Assembly: GCA_002269645.1 (NCBI GenBank)
Contig: NIVC01003848.1
Span: 1 to 42,314 of the forward strand
Direction: 5' to 3'
DNA length: 42,314 nt
Source of the DNA: Macrostomum lignano
Lineage: Eukaryota
Of this stretch, positions 1 to 42,314 are shown piece by piece (positions within the stretch are counted from its first letter, which is position 1; every line of letters begins with the position of its first letter). The position numbers and the translations under genes were made by a program. The notes beneath the pieces are model-generated. The model ran no database searches and had not been told where the DNA came from. It was given only the letters and a program-made list of their open reading frames with translations.

Positions 1-137
1 AAACCTTTTTTGGAAGCTTCAAAGCCAAATAAAGTCGGAGACACGCGATGAAGCACATTATAACAAATGTATAAAATGCAGTATATGAAATGAATAATAG
101 GAATCGAGTCCACAACTTTCGTCACCGCAAATCTCAC

Positions 138-42314
<42,177 letters not shown>

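Overview
Eukaryotic (invertebrate metazoan) genomic DNA. The repeat-packed introns recall the flatworm Macrostomum, but the species cannot be determined from this window. The whole window is the 3' portion of a giant adhesion GPCR gene, ADGRV1/VLGR1/GPR98, on the minus strand. I traced 34 GT-AG exons encoding EAR/EPTP repeats, Calx-beta repeats, GAIN/GPS, the 7TM domain and the start of the cytoplasmic tail; both gene ends lie outside the window. Its introns host four other elements: (i) a full-length RTE-clade retrotransposon with a 6-bp target-site duplication, a 12x amplified 5' end and an HDV-like ribozyme fold; (ii) an intronless same-strand TTLL12 gene; (iii) a 7-exon antisense membrane guanylyl-cyclase-like gene (TM - ~270 aa NIT-like domain - TM - coiled coil - cyclase, 659 aa); and (iv) a tRNA-derived CORE-type SINE. 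About 18 micro/minisatellites are also present. The cyclase has lost the first metal-binding Asp but keeps all 'beta/C2-side' residues, the pattern seen in soluble GC beta1. One minisatellite is built from tandem RFX X-box motifs. Six small frame disruptions (five in ADGRV1, one in the RTE) fall mostly in homopolymer runs and look like long-read assembly errors. The best candidates for new biology are the beta-type NIT-like membrane cyclase, the X-box array in a nested set of cilia-associated genes, and the ribozyme-capped RTE 5' end. All motif and domain calls were made by eye and need HMM and RNA confirmation.
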